From Candidatus Nanohaloarchaea archaeon (lineage in GTDB: Archaea; Nanohalarchaeota; Nanosalinia; Nanosalinales; Nanosalinaceae): DNA of 16,448 bases. Numbering within the stretch: the first letter of the stretch is position 1; every line of letters starts with the position of its first letter. Below, piece by piece: positions 15,168-16,448 of the stretch. Under the pieces are notes generated by a model. That model did no database searches and was not told the origin of the DNA. It saw only the letters and a program-made list of their open reading frames with translations. The position numbers and the translations under genes are program-made. The stretch spans positions 1-16,448 of the forward strand of contig JBEQBQ010000021.1 in NCBI GenBank assembly GCA_041639695.1, written 5' to 3'.

Positions 15168-16340
15168 CTAGACCACCTGCACCATGTTCTCCTGCCTGTA
15201 ATCATCGATTTCGGCGGGGTCTTGCTCTCTCCCTACTTTTGCAACAGGCTCTCCTTCTATCATGTAGATGTCTGAGGTCGCGTGCATGTTCTCTGAGTTG
15301 TTGAAGCTTCCTGCACCAACCATGTCGAACATGGTGTAGCCTTCTTCTTCCTCGAATCTTTTCTGGGCTCCTGCAAACTGTCTTGCTTTAGCCACGTCGC
15401 CCATGCCGCTTGAAATAGCTAGGTCAACGTTTTCCCGGTAACCAGCATCTATGAGTTCTCTTGCCAGTCCTTCGACTGCATCGATACTCATTCCTTTACC
15501 GGTCTGGTGGCCATCGTATCTTCTAACCTCTTCAGCTGTTTCTGCGTAGTTCTCTCCGCACGTATCCATTCTAGCCACTAGCTCGAAGTCCTCGCCGTGC
15601 TCAGCTTCCATATACTCACAGACTTCAAGCAAGTCAGTTGCTTCTCTGTTCGCTGTGTCGATCAGTACCGGCGTCGTTCCTTCGGTGTATTCGTCCATGG
15701 CCTTTGCGGCTTCGAGGGTTGCGTTCTCCATTCCGTGTTTCCAGGCGAATGGAAGTACGAATGCGTGGGGCATAGTTCCCGCTGGCTCTTTTCCATGTGT
15801 TTCTGCTCCGGCCCTTGTTGAGTAGTTGACTGCTCCGTTTTCTATGGCTGCTTCTGCGAGCTCTTCCTGTTGAGCAGGATGGTAGTGTCTTGCTCCGAAA
15901 TCAGCAAGAGGAACACCTACTTCTCCAAATATGTCAGCTATCTCTCCTACTGCTTCGCCGTATTTCTGTGGATCAGGATGTTCGAGACCGTTTGCTTCAG
16001 TTAAGTGGTGTGAGACGATCCCTAAGTTTAGGGTTTCGGGCTCCAGCAGTTGTTGTGCCGGACCTTCAAGAACCATCAACGGTTCCTTTGCTTCGAACGT
16101 TTCGTTCGTATTGATGTAAATATCAATATCTTCTGTCATTTCGTCAACGATATCTGCGGCTTCTTCGAGTCCTGCTGTCTCGGCCTCTCCTTCGGGTCTT
16201 GCGAACACTTTCTTCGCTACTCTCGGGTTGAACGATCTGTGTTCTAGGGCCTTGGTTGTGTCTGTGAAGTAGATGTCTGTTCGGTCTGTCAGGTTTTCTG
16301 GCGGGTTGTTCTCGAATTCGTGTGTTTTCGTGGTTTGCAA
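15168..16340 (-). CDS. pncB: Nicotinate phosphoribosyltransferase (archaeal/Thermoplasma-like type)
   Basis: TDIYF, DFGARHYHP, GTMPH, LIDT, RMDT, ISSG, DIYMIEGEPVAKVGR; start reassigned to TTG at 16340, 5 nt after an AGGTGA Shine-Dalgarno. Confidence 0.87.
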   Translation of the reverse strand: MQTTKTHEFENNPPENLTDRTDIYFTDTTKALEHRSFNPRVAKKVFARPEGEAETAGLEEAADIVDEMTEDIDIYINTNETFEAKEPLMVLEGPAQQLLEPETLNLGIVSHHLTEANGLEHPDPQKYGEAVGEIADIFGEVGVPLADFGARHYHPAQQEELAEAAIENGAVNYSTRAGAETHGKEPAGTMPHAFVLPFAWKHGMENATLEAAKAMDEYTEGTTPVLIDTANREATDLLEVCEYMEAEHGEDFELVARMDTCGENYAETAEEVRRYDGHQTGKGMSIDAVEGLARELIDAGYRENVDLAISSGMGDVAKARQFAGAQKRFEEEEGYTMFDMVGAGSFNNSENMHATSDIYMIEGEPVAKVGREQDPAEIDDYRQENMVQVV

Positions 16341-16350
16341 CTTGATCACC

Positions 16351-16371
16351 TTTTTGTAAAGATTACAATAA
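16351..16371. promoter_or_regulatory. Putative NrtR operator 1 of pncB
   Basis: tttttGTaaagattACaataa: palindromic GT-N7-AC core abutting the Shine-Dalgarno. Confidence 0.75.
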
Positions 16372-16374
16372 GTC

Positions 16375-16395
16375 TTTGTGTAGAAAACACACATA
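16375..16395. promoter_or_regulatory. Putative NrtR operator 2 of pncB
   Basis: tttgtGTagaaaacACacata: GT-N7-AC core just downstream (minus sense) of the TATA box. Confidence 0.75.
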
Positions 16396-16398
16396 GAA

Positions 16399-16405
16399 TT
16401 TTAAA
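16399..16405 (-). promoter_or_regulatory. TATA box of the pncB-pncA operon
   Basis: Minus strand AAAAAGGTA-TTTAAAA, a purine-rich BRE-like tract followed by a TATA box. Confidence 0.65.
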
Positions 16406-16409
16406 TACC

Positions 16410-16430
16410 TTTTTGTTTTTTCTACAAGAA
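16410..16430. promoter_or_regulatory. Putative NrtR operator 3 of pncB
   Basis: tttttGTtttttctACaagaa: GT-N7-AC core overlapping the BRE-like tract upstream of the TATA box. Confidence 0.65.
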
Positions 16431-16448
16431 GGAGCTATCCACTTCCCC

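Noticed and set aside
13748-16340. Viral NAD-reconstitution (anti-defence) interpretation of the NAD genes
   Set aside because: Gene set is PncA/PncB/NrtR rather than Nampt/Nmnat or Adps/Namat, and there are no viral hallmark genes in the window.
16341-16394. N-terminal 18 codons of the 408-aa pncB ORF
   Set aside because: ATG lies only a few bases from the TATA box and inside an operator; SD plus TTG at 16340 fits better.

Overview
Gene-dense, mostly accessory chromosomal region of a halophilic archaeon. Strongly acidic (D/E-rich) proteins, TTTAAA-type TATA boxes about 25-30 nt before many start codons, a BHB-type tRNA intron, moderate GC and tightly packed genes suggest Nanohaloarchaeota/DPANN (inference, not verified). 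It contains an intron-containing tRNA-Gly(GCC), tRNA-Arg(CCT), thioredoxin reductase, a Nudix hydrolase, two tandem SGNH hydrolases, an atypical extended SDR, a GUCD1/C39-like cysteine peptidase, two small zinc-finger proteins (one missed by the ORF track), repeat-rich secreted/surface proteins and a pair of unknown paralogues flanking a third unknown gene. The best supported system is at the right end: an NAD salvage cluster pncB-pncA-nrtR with four GT-N7-AC palindromic NrtR-type operators placed around archaeal TATA boxes, one of them apparently autoregulatory. No CRISPR array, transposase or integrase was seen.
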